A stretch of 64,000 nt of DNA from an uncultured Gemmatimonadales bacterium. GTDB lineage: Bacteria > Gemmatimonadota > Gemmatimonadetes > Longimicrobiales > Gaopeijiaceae. Shown piece by piece: positions 17,958 through 27,646 of the stretch; the first letter of the stretch is position 1; every line of letters starts with the position of its first letter. The position numbers were made by a program, and so were the translations under genes. Under the pieces are notes generated by a model that saw only the letters and a program-made list of their open reading frames with translations, was not told where the DNA came from and searched no databases. The stretch spans positions 32,001 to 96,000 of the forward strand of contig CAWELD010000003.1 in assembly GCA_963809895.1 (NCBI GenBank). Direction: 5' to 3'.

Positions 17958-19022
17958 CTACCGCGTCCCCGTGAAGATCGATTTGGGGATCATCACGTGC
18001 ACGCCCACCTTCTGGTCCACCAGCTCCGTGATGCGCAGGTCGCAGGCCAGGCTCACGAGCCGGTACGCCTCGCCGGGCTCGATGCCGGCGATGTCGCCCA
18101 GAAAGGCCACGGCCTGCCGGATGGCGATCCGTGTGGCCTCGGTGAGGTCCTCGTCGGTGCCCATGGCGATGTAGTGGGTCGGCGTCTCGGCCCGGGGCCA
18201 CTCGATACTCCTGCCCTTGTGCACCACCAGACGCAGGCGGCCGCGAAGAGACGTCTCGATGGCGGTCTGGTCCACCTCGCCATCGCCCTGGGCCGCGTGG
18301 CCGTCGCCCACCTCGAAGAGGGCTCCGGGCACGAACACGGGGATGAACAGCGAGGTGCCGGCCACCAGCTCCTTGTTGTCCAGGTTGCCGGCGTGGACCC
18401 ACGGGGGCACGCTGCTCCAGCGCCCGGCGTCGGGCGGGGGCGCCACGCCCATGCTGCCGAAGAACGGTCGTAGCGGGATCTCCACGCCGGGCTGGAACTC
18501 GGACACCATGCGGTCCCGATCCAGCCACAGGATGCGCGTGCGGGTCTCTGGACAGGCCTCGCGCATGAAGCCGCTACAGCCGTTGTAGCCGTAGGCGATG
18601 GGAAGCTGGATGTCGAGGATCTGTACCTCGAGCACGTCGCCCGGCTCCGCGCCGTCGACGTAGACGGGGCCGGTGAGAATGTGGCCCCCGGGACCCCGAT
18701 CCTCGACCTGGTCGTAGATCTCCCGCAGCGCCGGCTGCACCTGATCGGCGGGAACGCCCGCTTGCTCGAGGCGCTCGGGGCTGTTGGTGATCATGGTGGT
18801 CACGTTGACGACGTCGCCGGACTCCACATGGAGCACCGGCTCGGCCTCGGACCAGTAGTAGCCCCAGGCCACCGTCTCGGGGCCGGCCTCCAGAACGTGA
18901 ACGGTGGCGCCGGGCGGGGCGGTCTGCGCCGCGACGCTCCCGGCACCTCCAGCCAGCACCGTGAGAAGGGCGAGGGGGCCGAGGGGCCGGCCACGAAGTC
19001 GGGGGTGGAGTCGCAGTCGCAT
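17958..19022 (-). CDS. Acetamidase/formamidase family protein, exported
   Basis: GGHILTGPVYVDGAEPGD, PFFGSMGVAP, AGNLDNKEL, GDGHAAQGDGEV. Confidence 0.9.
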   Translation of the reverse strand: MRLRLHPRLRGRPLGPLALLTVLAGGAGSVAAQTAPPGATVHVLEAGPETVAWGYYWSEAEPVLHVESGDVVNVTTMITNSPERLEQAGVPADQVQPALREIYDQVEDRGPGGHILTGPVYVDGAEPGDVLEVQILDIQLPIAYGYNGCSGFMREACPETRTRILWLDRDRMVSEFQPGVEIPLRPFFGSMGVAPPPDAGRWSSVPPWVHAGNLDNKELVAGTSLFIPVFVPGALFEVGDGHAAQGDGEVDQTAIETSLRGRLRLVVHKGRSIEWPRAETPTHYIAMGTDEDLTEATRIAIRQAVAFLGDIAGIEPGEAYRLVSLACDLRITELVDQKVGVHVMIPKSIFTGTR

Positions 19023-19127
19023 GGAGAACGCGTCCGTGGTAGAGTGAGGGTGCGGATCCAAGAGGCGTCGGCCGCGGCCGTAGGGAAACCCCCTACACGC
19101 GTCCGTCGCCGTCTCACCGACGCGCCA

Positions 19128-19136
19128 TGGTAGAAT
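19128..19136 (+). promoter_or_regulatory. Extended -10 promoter element (TG-G-TAGAAT)
   Basis: TGGTAGAAT about 100 bp upstream of the cytochrome ATG. Confidence 0.45.
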
Positions 19137-19237
19137 TCCCCACTCCGCACGCGCGGCTGTTGAACGCACGTTCAAAGCGGGACCACACGCTTCGCGACCA
19201 CTCGAGGGTCCCGCGCCGATCCACCCGGGAGTGCCTC

Positions 19238-19987
19238 ATGTTCAGGCGTTTTATTGCGGCTGCCGTTCTCGCTCTTACCACCTTCGCGTGCACTCGCGAG
19301 GCGGAGCCACCGCCGGCGACCGAGACGCAGCCTACCACCCCGGTGGTCACCGGGCTCGAGGCTCACCTCTCTCCGCAGCAGGAGGCGGGAAAGGGCATGT
19401 TCGAGACGGTCTGCTGGACCTGCCATGGGGTGGCCGGTCGCGGCGACGGCCCTTCGGTGGTCAGCGGCGTGGTGACCGGGGTGCCCAACTTCCAGACGCC
19501 GGAATACGCCAAGCTCACCGTCACCGACCTGCGGGACCGCTTCTCCACGGCCATGGAGGGTCCGGACCCGGAGCATCCCCACATGCGCTACGTGATCCAG
19601 TTCGTGCGGCCGGAGCGCTTCGTCGAGGGCCTGGCCTACATCCCGGTCCTGACGTACCCGGCCGACATGCCGGGCAGCGCCATGGCCGGGCTGGCGCTCT
19701 ACACGACACGGTGCACGGGGTGCCACGGAGAGAAGGGCGATGGAAAGGGCTATGCAGCCCAGTATCTGGAGATCGCCAAGCCCGCGGACTTCACGGCCGA
19801 CACCCTCATCGCCGCCCGCGACTTCCAGGGTCTCTTCAATCGCATCAAGGAGGGCGGCCTGGCGGTGCACGGATCGGCCATGCCGCAATGGGGCGTGGCC
19901 CTCGATGACAACCAGATCTGGGATCTGGTGGCCTACGTGTCGACCTTCCAACCCGGCGTGCTGCCGCCGCTACCCGCCGGGCAGTAG
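19238..19987 (+). CDS. Diheme c-type cytochrome lipoprotein
   Basis: Lipobox TFAC; CWTCHG and CTGCHG; GDG motifs; SAMPQW. Confidence 0.85.
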   Translation: MFRRFIAAAVLALTTFACTREAEPPPATETQPTTPVVTGLEAHLSPQQEAGKGMFETVCWTCHGVAGRGDGPSVVSGVVTGVPNFQTPEYAKLTVTDLRDRFSTAMEGPDPEHPHMRYVIQFVRPERFVEGLAYIPVLTYPADMPGSAMAGLALYTTRCTGCHGEKGDGKGYAAQYLEIAKPADFTADTLIAARDFQGLFNRIKEGGLAVHGSAMPQWGVALDDNQIWDLVAYVSTFQPGVLPPLPAGQ

Positions 19988-20004
19988 TTTCTGCCGACCG
20001 GGCC

Positions 20005-20643
20005 TCACCCGCCCTGGCGGACGAGCTTGAAGTCCAGCTCCAGGGCGATGTGGTCCTCCACGCTCAGCACGATGGCGACGCTGGGCTTCTGCAGCCCGAA
20101 GGTGGCGAAATCGAAGTCGGTGGTGGCCGTCCCGGTGACGGCGTCGGGCGAGAACGTGGCCTCGACCTGCCAGACCGTGGGCCTGGTCACGCCGTGGACG
20201 GTCAGGTCCCCCAGGAGCTCGAAGGACGCTGAGCCCGATTCCGGCAGCGGGAGCGACAGTCCCCGCACCGCAGTGGGCACCAGCCTCGCCTCGGGATACG
20301 TCTCCGTCTCGAGGATGCGCCGTTGCACGTACCCGTCGCGGCGGTCCCGGTCACTCTTCAGGCCCGTGAGATCCACCACGAAGGCCGAGCCCGACGAGTC
20401 CACCGAGCCGTCGTCCAGGAGGACGAGCGTGCCGTGCATCGCGCTGGTGCGCCCCACGGCGTCGTTGGGAAAGTCCACGCGAGCGAGCTGTTCGCGGACG
20501 CGGTAGCGGGCTTCCACGCCCTGGTCGGCCACGGTGAGGTGGATCGTGTCGGGCGCCGGAGCGGAGACAGCCGGAGAGGGTGCGGGGTGAAACGTGACAG
20601 CCCCGCCGGCGAAGGCGGCGAGCGCGGTGGCGAGCAGAGACAT
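20005..20643 (-). CDS. YceI-family (polyisoprenoid-binding) protein
   Basis: ARYRVREQL, LKSDRDRRD, GDLTVHGVTRP, FGLQKP. Confidence 0.88.
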   Translation of the reverse strand: MSLLATALAAFAGGAVTFHPAPSPAVSAPAPDTIHLTVADQGVEARYRVREQLARVDFPNDAVGRTSAMHGTLVLLDDGSVDSSGSAFVVDLTGLKSDRDRRDGYVQRRILETETYPEARLVPTAVRGLSLPLPESGSASFELLGDLTVHGVTRPTVWQVEATFSPDAVTGTATTDFDFATFGLQKPSVAIVLSVEDHIALELDFKLVRQGG

Positions 20644-20864
20644 CGTCGGGATCCTCTCGATGCGTTTCGATGTGATGGATGTCGGGACAGGTATTCAAGT
20701 CGAGGACATACCACCTGTGACGTGTGTTGGGTCCAAGGCCTCGCTTCAACGCCCGCCGGATGCCTGGTGTCCTCTCGGGCAGTGGTCGGCCGGGCCTTTC
20801 TCCGGCCTCCGGTGGGTCGTACAATCTCCGCGCCCTCCGACGTCAACGAGCTCCGAGGATCGAC

Positions 20865-23800
20865 ATGTCCCGACGCACGTTTCATTCGCTGCTGACGGCG
20901 GCGCTGCTGGCCTTTGCCGCCCAACCTCTTCTCGCCCAGGGCCAACGGGGTCCGAGAGGCAACGCGGCCGGAAGGGCCGCGGCCACCTCCGACTCCGCCA
21001 TCGTCAACAGCCTGCAGGCGCGGTCCATCGGACCTGCCGTCATGAGCGGCCGGGTGGTGGACATCGCCGTAGCCTCGTCACCCGGTGCCCGGGGCGGCGA
21101 GCTGGGCACGGTGGTGTACGTCGCGGCGGCGTCGGGGGGTGTGTGGAAGTCCACCAACGCCGGCATCTCCTGGACTCCCGTCTTCGACGACGCCGGCGTG
21201 GGGTCCATCGGTGACGTGGCGGTGGCCCCGTCCAACTCCGACATCGTCTGGGTCGGCACCGGCGAGGCCAACAGCCAGCGTAGCTCCTCGTACGGGGACG
21301 GCGTGTACCGGTCGCTGGACGGTGGAGAGACCTTCCAGCACATGGGGCTGCGCGAGTCGCAGCACGTCGGGCGCATCCTGGTGCGGCCCGACAACCCCGA
21401 CGTGGTCTTCGTGGCGGCGGTGGGCCCCCTGTGGGCCGCCGGCGGCCAGCGTGGACTCTTCCGCTCCACCGACGGCGGCGAGACCTGGGACAACGTGCTC
21501 TCCATCGACGAGCACACGGGGGTCACGGACATCGTCATGGACCCGCGCGATCCCGATGTCATGTACGCCGCCAGCTATCAGCGCGAGCGCCGGGCCTACA
21601 GCTACGTGGGCGGCGGTCCCGGTAGCGGCATCTGGAAGTCCACCGACGGCGGCGACACCTGGACCCGCCTGCACCAGGGACTTCCCGCCGGTGACATGGG
21701 CCGCATCGGGCTGGACATCTCGCTGTCGCAGCCCCGCACCCTGTACGCGGTGATCGAGGGATCGGGCGCCGGCGTCTACCGCACGGACAACGAGGGCGCG
21801 AGCTGGCGCCAGATGAGCGACATCCAGTCGATCCCCTGGTACTTCGGCCAGATCCGCGTCGATCCCCAGGACCCCGAGGTGGTCTACCATCTGGGTGTGC
21901 CGCTCGTGCGCTCCGTGGACGGCGGACGGACCTGGGAGAACACCGGTCGCGGTCCCCACTCGGACAACCATGCGCTCTGGATCAATCCGGACAATCCCTC
22001 GCACCTGATCCTGGGCAACGACGGAGGCGTGTACGTGTCGCGGGATCGGGGCGAGACCTGGGACTTCTCGCCCAACCTGCCCATCTCGCAGTTCTACACG
22101 GTGGGCTACGACATGGCCGAGCCCTTCTTCGGTGTCTACGGGGGGCTCCAGGACAACAGCACCTGGGGTGGCCCGAGCCGCACCATGGCGTCCATGGGGA
22201 TTCCGAACTCGCTGTGGTTCCGCATGGCCGGGGGCGACGGGTTCTACGCGGTGGTGGACCCCACCGACGCGAACATCGCCTACGTGGAATCCCAGAACGG
22301 CAACATCCTGCGCTTCGACCGTCGCACGGGAGACCGCAAGGACATCCAGCCCACGCCCGCGCCAGGCGAGGAGTCGTACCGCTTCAACTGGAGCGCGCCC
22401 ATCAAGATCTCGCCCCAGGATCACAACACGATCTACTTCGCCGCCAACTACCTCTTCAAGAGCACCGATCGTGGCGACAGCTGGACGCGTCTGGGCGAGG
22501 ACCTCACGCAGAACATCCAGGAAGACAGCCTGCCCATGATGGGCTCGGTGCCCAAGCCCGATGCGGTGGCGCGTCACGAGGGCACGGCGGCCTTCAGCAA
22601 CATCTCCACCATCGACGTGTCCGAGGTGCAGCCGGGGCTTCTCATCACGGGCTCCGACGACGGCACCATCGCCGTCTCCACCGACGATGGGCAGAGCTGG
22701 CGCAAGCAGACCCACTTCCCGGGCGTGCCGGACACGACCTACGTGAGCAAGGTCCGCCTGTCGGTGCACGACGCCAACGTCATCTACGCCACCTTCGACG
22801 GCCACCGCTCCAACGACTTCACGCCCTACGTGCTCAAGAGCAGCGATCAGGGTCGCACCTGGACGAGCATCGCCTCGAACCTGCCTGCCTTCGGCTCGCT
22901 GCGCTCCTTCGCGGAGCATCCCGAGAATCCCGACCTGCTCTTCGTGGGCTCGGAGATCGCGCCCTGGGTGTCCTTCGACGGCGGCGGCTCGTGGACGCGC
23001 ATCAGCAGCGTGCCGCCGGTGCCCGTGCACGACCTGAAGGTCCATCCGCGCGACAACACCCTCATCATCGCCACCCACGGTCGCGGCTTCTACTTCATCG
23101 ACGATCTGAGCCTCTACCAGCATCTGGCCGAGGCCCGGGCCGCCGACGCGCCCTATCTGTTCCCGGTGGCCGACGCGCTGGCCTTCCTGCCCAACTCGGC
23201 GCCCACCAGCGGTCTGAGCGCTTCGCGGGACTACTCGGGCGACAATCCCCCGGTGGGGACGCGGCTCTCGTACATGCTGCCCTCGTCGGCCTCTGGCCTG
23301 CAGCTCGACGTGGTCGGGCCCGACGGTCAGGTGGTGAGCGAGCTCGACGCGCCGTCCGGCGCCGGTGTCCACAACGTGTGGTGGGACCTCACGGTGGATA
23401 CGCCGTGGGACGGTCCGCCCGAGCAACAGCAGCAGCAGGGTGGGGGTTTCGGGGGATTCGGCGGATTCTTCGGCGGTGGCCGGGGTCCGCTGGTCCTGCC
23501 CGGTCAGTACACGGCCCGCCTGACGGTGGGAGGATCCGGTGGTCCCACGGTCCTGGAGCAGAGCTTCACCGTGGAGAAGGACCCCAACGTCACCCTCACC
23601 ATGGCGCAGCTCCAGGAGCTCCAGGGCATGCGCATGCAGCAGATGCGGCTGAACTCGCGGCTGCAGATGGTGACCCGCTCCATCACCGGCCTGCGTGAGG
23701 CCCTCACCGATGCCCGTGCCGCACTGGACGGGGCCGAGGCCCCGGGCGCCGTCTCGGATCAGCTGGCGGCGCTGCAGCGGGAGCTCAACAGCATCAACAC

Positions 23801-24086
23801 CGCCGTCTCGGGACAGGGCCGCGGCTTCGGTGGCGGCGGTGGCGTCATGCCCGATCCGACGCCCATCGCCACGCGGATCCGTCTGGCCGGCGGCATCCTG
23901 CGCTCCACCAGCATGCCCACGGAGTACGAGCGGCAGGCGCTGGAGAGCGCCCCCGCCGACCTCGAGCGCGAGGTGGGGCGTCTCAATACGCTGATCTCGA
24001 CCCGCCTGCCGGCGCTTCAGCAGGCCATGGACGAGGCCGGGATTCCGTGGACGCCCGGGCGGCCGATCCCCAACCCCGGCGGCTGA
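20865..24086 (+). CDS. VPS10/sortilin-like BNR(Asp-box)-repeat protein (glycosyl hydrolase-like)
   Basis: RSIGPAVMSGRV, many SxDGGxTW Asp boxes, GGLQDN, GGDGF, ATHGRG. Confidence 0.88.
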   Translation: MSRRTFHSLLTAALLAFAAQPLLAQGQRGPRGNAAGRAAATSDSAIVNSLQARSIGPAVMSGRVVDIAVASSPGARGGELGTVVYVAAASGGVWKSTNAGISWTPVFDDAGVGSIGDVAVAPSNSDIVWVGTGEANSQRSSSYGDGVYRSLDGGETFQHMGLRESQHVGRILVRPDNPDVVFVAAVGPLWAAGGQRGLFRSTDGGETWDNVLSIDEHTGVTDIVMDPRDPDVMYAASYQRERRAYSYVGGGPGSGIWKSTDGGDTWTRLHQGLPAGDMGRIGLDISLSQPRTLYAVIEGSGAGVYRTDNEGASWRQMSDIQSIPWYFGQIRVDPQDPEVVYHLGVPLVRSVDGGRTWENTGRGPHSDNHALWINPDNPSHLILGNDGGVYVSRDRGETWDFSPNLPISQFYTVGYDMAEPFFGVYGGLQDNSTWGGPSRTMASMGIPNSLWFRMAGGDGFYAVVDPTDANIAYVESQNGNILRFDRRTGDRKDIQPTPAPGEESYRFNWSAPIKISPQDHNTIYFAANYLFKSTDRGDSWTRLGEDLTQNIQEDSLPMMGSVPKPDAVARHEGTAAFSNISTIDVSEVQPGLLITGSDDGTIAVSTDDGQSWRKQTHFPGVPDTTYVSKVRLSVHDANVIYATFDGHRSNDFTPYVLKSSDQGRTWTSIASNLPAFGSLRSFAEHPENPDLLFVGSEIAPWVSFDGGGSWTRISSVPPVPVHDLKVHPRDNTLIIATHGRGFYFIDDLSLYQHLAEARAADAPYLFPVADALAFLPNSAPTSGLSASRDYSGDNPPVGTRLSYMLPSSASGLQLDVVGPDGQVVSELDAPSGAGVHNVWWDLTVDTPWDGPPEQQQQQGGGFGGFGGFFGGGRGPLVLPGQYTARLTVGGSGGPTVLEQSFTVEKDPNVTLTMAQLQELQGMRMQQMRLNSRLQMVTRSITGLREALTDARAALDGAEAPGAVSDQLAALQRELNSINTAVSGQGRGFGGGGGVMPDPTPIATRIRLAGGILRSTSMPTEYERQALESAPADLEREVGRLNTLISTRLPALQQAMDEAGIPWTPGRPIPNPGG

Positions 24087-24116
24087 AGCCGGAGCGCAGC
24101 CGACGTGGAGTGACGA

Positions 24117-24148
24117 GCCCCGCGGTCCCCTCGTCGGGATCGCGGGGC
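24117..24148 (+). terminator. GC-rich hairpin after the BNR gene
   Basis: GCCCCGCGGTCCC-loop-GGGATCGCGGGGC. Confidence 0.5.
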
Positions 24149-24177
24149 AAGTCGCATTCGAGGCACTTGCGCGAAGT

Positions 24178-24194
24178 ACTTTGCAGTACAAAGT
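24178..24194. promoter_or_regulatory. Palindromic operator-like site ACTTTG-N5-CAAAGT
   Basis: AT-rich dyad about 40 bp upstream of GTG 24235. Confidence 0.55.
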
Positions 24195-24234
24195 TAGAGG
24201 AGCGCGGTCAGCCTTCCCGACTGGAGAGCCTCAC

Positions 24235-24639
24235 GTGTCCGCTCTGACGCACTATTTCTTCGACGCCGTCTACCGCCCCAGGAGCGCCTGGAGCGTGGTG
24301 AGCTGGTGGGAGGCCCGCCGGCCCGTCTACAACCTCGTGGTGGGAGCGGCGGGGCTCACGACGGTGGCGGCGGTGACGCTGGTCAACGCGCTGCCACCCT
24401 TTTCCAACCCCATGGCGTTTCCCTGGGTGGGGGCTCTGATCTACGCCATCGTGGCCAACGTCTGCTATTCTCTCGGACCCGCGGCGGACCTGATCGTTCG
24501 CCGGCTGTGGGGCGACGACTACGCGGCCGTGGGCCCCACCCTGTTCCGGTACGGCTTCGTCTTCGCCGTGGGCGTCACGCTGCTCCCCATCCCCCTGGTG
24601 ATCGCGGGATGGGTGATCCGCATCGTGGTGGGGCTGTAG
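24235..24639 (+). CDS. Small 3-TM hypothetical membrane protein
   Basis: GGAGAG SD then GTG; WWEARRPVYNLVVG and ANVCYSLG motifs; three hydrophobic segments. Confidence 0.75.
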   Translation: MSALTHYFFDAVYRPRSAWSVVSWWEARRPVYNLVVGAAGLTTVAAVTLVNALPPFSNPMAFPWVGALIYAIVANVCYSLGPAADLIVRRLWGDDYAAVGPTLFRYGFVFAVGVTLLPIPLVIAGWVIRIVVGL

Positions 24640-24642
24640 GCT

Positions 24643-27564
24643 TCAACCTCCCGTGAGCCGGGCGAGGCTCTCCAGTCGCTCCTCGGTGAGCTGCACCACC
24701 ATGGGAGTGGGAGGCGCGTCACTGGCCTGCAGGTCCCGGTAGAGCGACTCCAGGTCGCTCGCCAGCCGCGAGACATCCCCATCGGCCGATTCCATGGCGG
24801 CCACCCCGTCCAGGGCGTTCCGGATCCTCATGGACAGCTCGAACTGCTGTCGGAGTGCCGCCTGCGGCGTCTGGACGCGGGGGTCCATAGCCACGCGCAG
24901 CGTGCGCTCCTGCGTCACGCCGTCCACGGTGAGCCGCACCGTGTAGTCACCGGGGAGCGCCCACGGTCCCCGGGGCTCCACCGGGGTGTTTCCGGGGATG
25001 GCGGAGATGGGATAGCCGAGCCGCACGCCGGCGGGCCGGGCGTAGTGCAGGTCCCAGACGAAGCGGTGCATTCCGGGCGCGTCCGACACCTGCTGCGGGG
25101 GCCGGATCCAGAGAGGCGGCACGTTCTGACCCTCCAGCGGGGGTTCGGGCACGTCGGCGCTGCTGAAGCGGCGCACCGTGCGGCCCTGGCCGTCGACGAT
25201 CTCGAGCACGACGGGGCCGGAGGGCGCCCGACCGAGCCAGTAGTCCAGGATGGCGCCGTCGGGCGGGTTCTGGCCCGCAGGCTCGTCAGGCGGCAGCGGC
25301 GTGTCGGTCCAATGGTTCCAACGCACCCGCCACGCGTCGGCAGGCTGGAACAGCAGCGCCGGCTCGCCCGCCGTGGAGGCGTCGATCTGACGCAGCGGGG
25401 TGATGTCGTCCAGGATCCAGAACGAGCGGCCGTGGGTGCCCACCACCAGGTCGTTGTCCTTGACGACCAGATCCCGAATCGCCGTGGCGGGCATATTGAG
25501 GCGGAGCGACTGCCAGTGCTCGCCGTCGTCGATGGAGAAGTAGACGGCCTGCTCCATTCCGGCGAAGAGAAGCCCCGGCCGCTCGGGATCCTCCTTGACC
25601 GCGTTGGCGATGCCCCCGTCGGGAATCCCCTGCGTCATGTGGCGCCAGCTCCGGCCCCCGTCATGGGTCACGTAGATGTGGGGGTTCATGTCGTCCAGGC
25701 GCAGGGTGCTCACCGCGGCGTAGGCGGTGAGGGTGTCCGTGTGCGAGGCATCCATGACGGAGATCTTGCTCCACGGCTTGTCGCGGAGCTGCTCCGGGGT
25801 GACATCGGTCCAGGTGGCGCCGCCGTCGCGGGTCACCTGGATGAGGCCGTCGTCGGTACCTACCCAGATCCAGTCCCCGTCCACGTAGGAGGGGGCGATG
25901 GTGTAGATGACCCCGGGATGGTGCGCCCGGGCCTGGGGCGTGTCGGAGTACTTGCCCACGTTGGGGGGCACCACGGAGTCGGTGCGGGTCAGATCCGGCG
26001 AGATCTGCTGCCAGTGTCGTCCGCCGTCGGAGGTCTTCCAGAGGACGTTGGACGCGAAGTAGAGGGTGTGGGGATCGGTGGGGCTGAACAGGATGGGCTG
26101 TGTGCGCACGACGTGGTAGTCGTCACCCCGGAGGGGCCGCGGCCCCACGTCCTGCACGTCGCCGGTGCGCCGGTCGTAGCGCGACACCTTGCCCCCGTAG
26201 ACGATGTCCGGGTCCAGCGGGTCGGGGGCCACGTAGCCGTACTCCTCGACCCCCACCGGATGCCAGTCCTGGAAGGTGATCTGGCCGTCGTCGCCCCGGC
26301 TCGACACGCAGGCCGAGCCGCTCTCCTGCTGTCCACCGCACACCCGGTAGGGAAAGGCGTTGTCGGTGCTGACGTGGTAGAACTGGGCGGTGGGCTGGTT
26401 GTACCACGAGCTGAAGCTCTCGCCTCCGTTCACGGTGATGACCACGCCCTGGTCCGCCGCCAGCAGGATCACGTCGGGGTCGGTGGGATCGATCCAGATG
26501 CGCTGGTAGTCGTCGCCGCCCGGCGCGCCGCGGAAGGCTTCGAAGGTGCGGCCTCCGTCGGTGGACTTCCACGTCACCACGTTGGCCACGTAGACCACGT
26601 CCGGATCGCTCGGGTCCACGCGCACCTCGTTGAAGTCGCCGTCCCGTCCCCACAGCCGCGGGTCGGTGTTCACGCGCGACCAGCTCTCGCCACCGTCCTC
26701 GCTGCGGTAGACCCCGCCGCGATCCCTGGGCGAGCCGACGATGGCGTACATGCGCTCCGGATGACTGGCCGCGATGCCGATGCCGATGCGGCCCAGGCCT
26801 TCTTCACCCGAGGGCAGCCCGCCGCCGATCTGCTCCCAGGTGTCGCCGCCGTCGGTGGAGCGGAAGAGGCCACTGCCGGGCCCCGAGAACACACCGTTCT
26901 CCCACGGGCCCTGACGGGCTTCCCACAGCACCGCGTAGACCGTGTTCGGGTCGGCCGGGTCCAGGGCCACGTCGGCGGCGCCGATGTCGGGACCGTGATA
27001 GAGCACCTTCTCGAACGTCTGCCCGCCATCGGTCGACCGGAAGACGCCCCGCTGCTCGTTGGGTCCGTAGGGATGGCCGAGCACCGCCACGAACAGCCGG
27101 TCGGGATTCGTGGGGTCGATGTCGATCTGAGGGATCTGCTGGCCGTCTCGCAGCCCCAGATGGATCCAGGTGTCGCCGCCGTCGGACGACCGGTAGATAC
27201 CGTCTCCCACCGTCAGGTCGGGCCGCTGCATCCCCTCGCCGCTCCCTACGTAGATCACGTCGGGATCGGAGGGCGCGATGGCCAGCGCACCGATGGAGCC
27301 CGTGGGCTGGTCGTCGAAGATGGGCACCCAGGTGCGGCCGTAGTCGGTGGTCTTCCAGACGCCGCCGTTGACGAAGCCGGCGTAGAACAGCCCCGGCTCG
27401 CCCGGCACCCCGGCCGCGGCCTTGGTGCGCCCACCCCGATGCGGGCCGATCATGCGCCAGGCCATGTCCCGATAGAGCGCGGGATCCACGCTCTGCGCGG
27501 GAAGATCGGCGGTGGCGAGGGCAGGGAGGAGGGCGGCGGCGAACAGCAGCGTGCGGATGCTCAT
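24643..27564 (-). CDS. VPS10/sortilin-like BNR-repeat protein
   Basis: WRMIGPHRGGR, Asp boxes, GGQQES, GTHGRSFW; signal peptide. Confidence 0.88.
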   Translation of the reverse strand: MSIRTLLFAAALLPALATADLPAQSVDPALYRDMAWRMIGPHRGGRTKAAAGVPGEPGLFYAGFVNGGVWKTTDYGRTWVPIFDDQPTGSIGALAIAPSDPDVIYVGSGEGMQRPDLTVGDGIYRSSDGGDTWIHLGLRDGQQIPQIDIDPTNPDRLFVAVLGHPYGPNEQRGVFRSTDGGQTFEKVLYHGPDIGAADVALDPADPNTVYAVLWEARQGPWENGVFSGPGSGLFRSTDGGDTWEQIGGGLPSGEEGLGRIGIGIAASHPERMYAIVGSPRDRGGVYRSEDGGESWSRVNTDPRLWGRDGDFNEVRVDPSDPDVVYVANVVTWKSTDGGRTFEAFRGAPGGDDYQRIWIDPTDPDVILLAADQGVVITVNGGESFSSWYNQPTAQFYHVSTDNAFPYRVCGGQQESGSACVSSRGDDGQITFQDWHPVGVEEYGYVAPDPLDPDIVYGGKVSRYDRRTGDVQDVGPRPLRGDDYHVVRTQPILFSPTDPHTLYFASNVLWKTSDGGRHWQQISPDLTRTDSVVPPNVGKYSDTPQARAHHPGVIYTIAPSYVDGDWIWVGTDDGLIQVTRDGGATWTDVTPEQLRDKPWSKISVMDASHTDTLTAYAAVSTLRLDDMNPHIYVTHDGGRSWRHMTQGIPDGGIANAVKEDPERPGLLFAGMEQAVYFSIDDGEHWQSLRLNMPATAIRDLVVKDNDLVVGTHGRSFWILDDITPLRQIDASTAGEPALLFQPADAWRVRWNHWTDTPLPPDEPAGQNPPDGAILDYWLGRAPSGPVVLEIVDGQGRTVRRFSSADVPEPPLEGQNVPPLWIRPPQQVSDAPGMHRFVWDLHYARPAGVRLGYPISAIPGNTPVEPRGPWALPGDYTVRLTVDGVTQERTLRVAMDPRVQTPQAALRQQFELSMRIRNALDGVAAMESADGDVSRLASDLESLYRDLQASDAPPTPMVVQLTEERLESLARLTGG

Positions 27565-27646
27565 GGGACCCCGATGGCGAAGGTTGATGGGGTCAAGTTC
27601 GGCGCGGAAGGCGGTGGGGAGCAAGCGTGGACCAGACGCGGCTCCG

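Noticed and set aside
16438..18528. 696-aa ORF overlapping the acetamidase gene
   Set aside because: Real start is ATG 17862 with SD and signal peptide; the upstream part is an off-frame extension
21078..24191. Very long antisense ORFs (also 7725-9863, 25045-27879, 32901-35810, 46381-49167, 55764-58931)
   Set aside because: Shadow frames of real genes caused by high GC codon bias; no motifs
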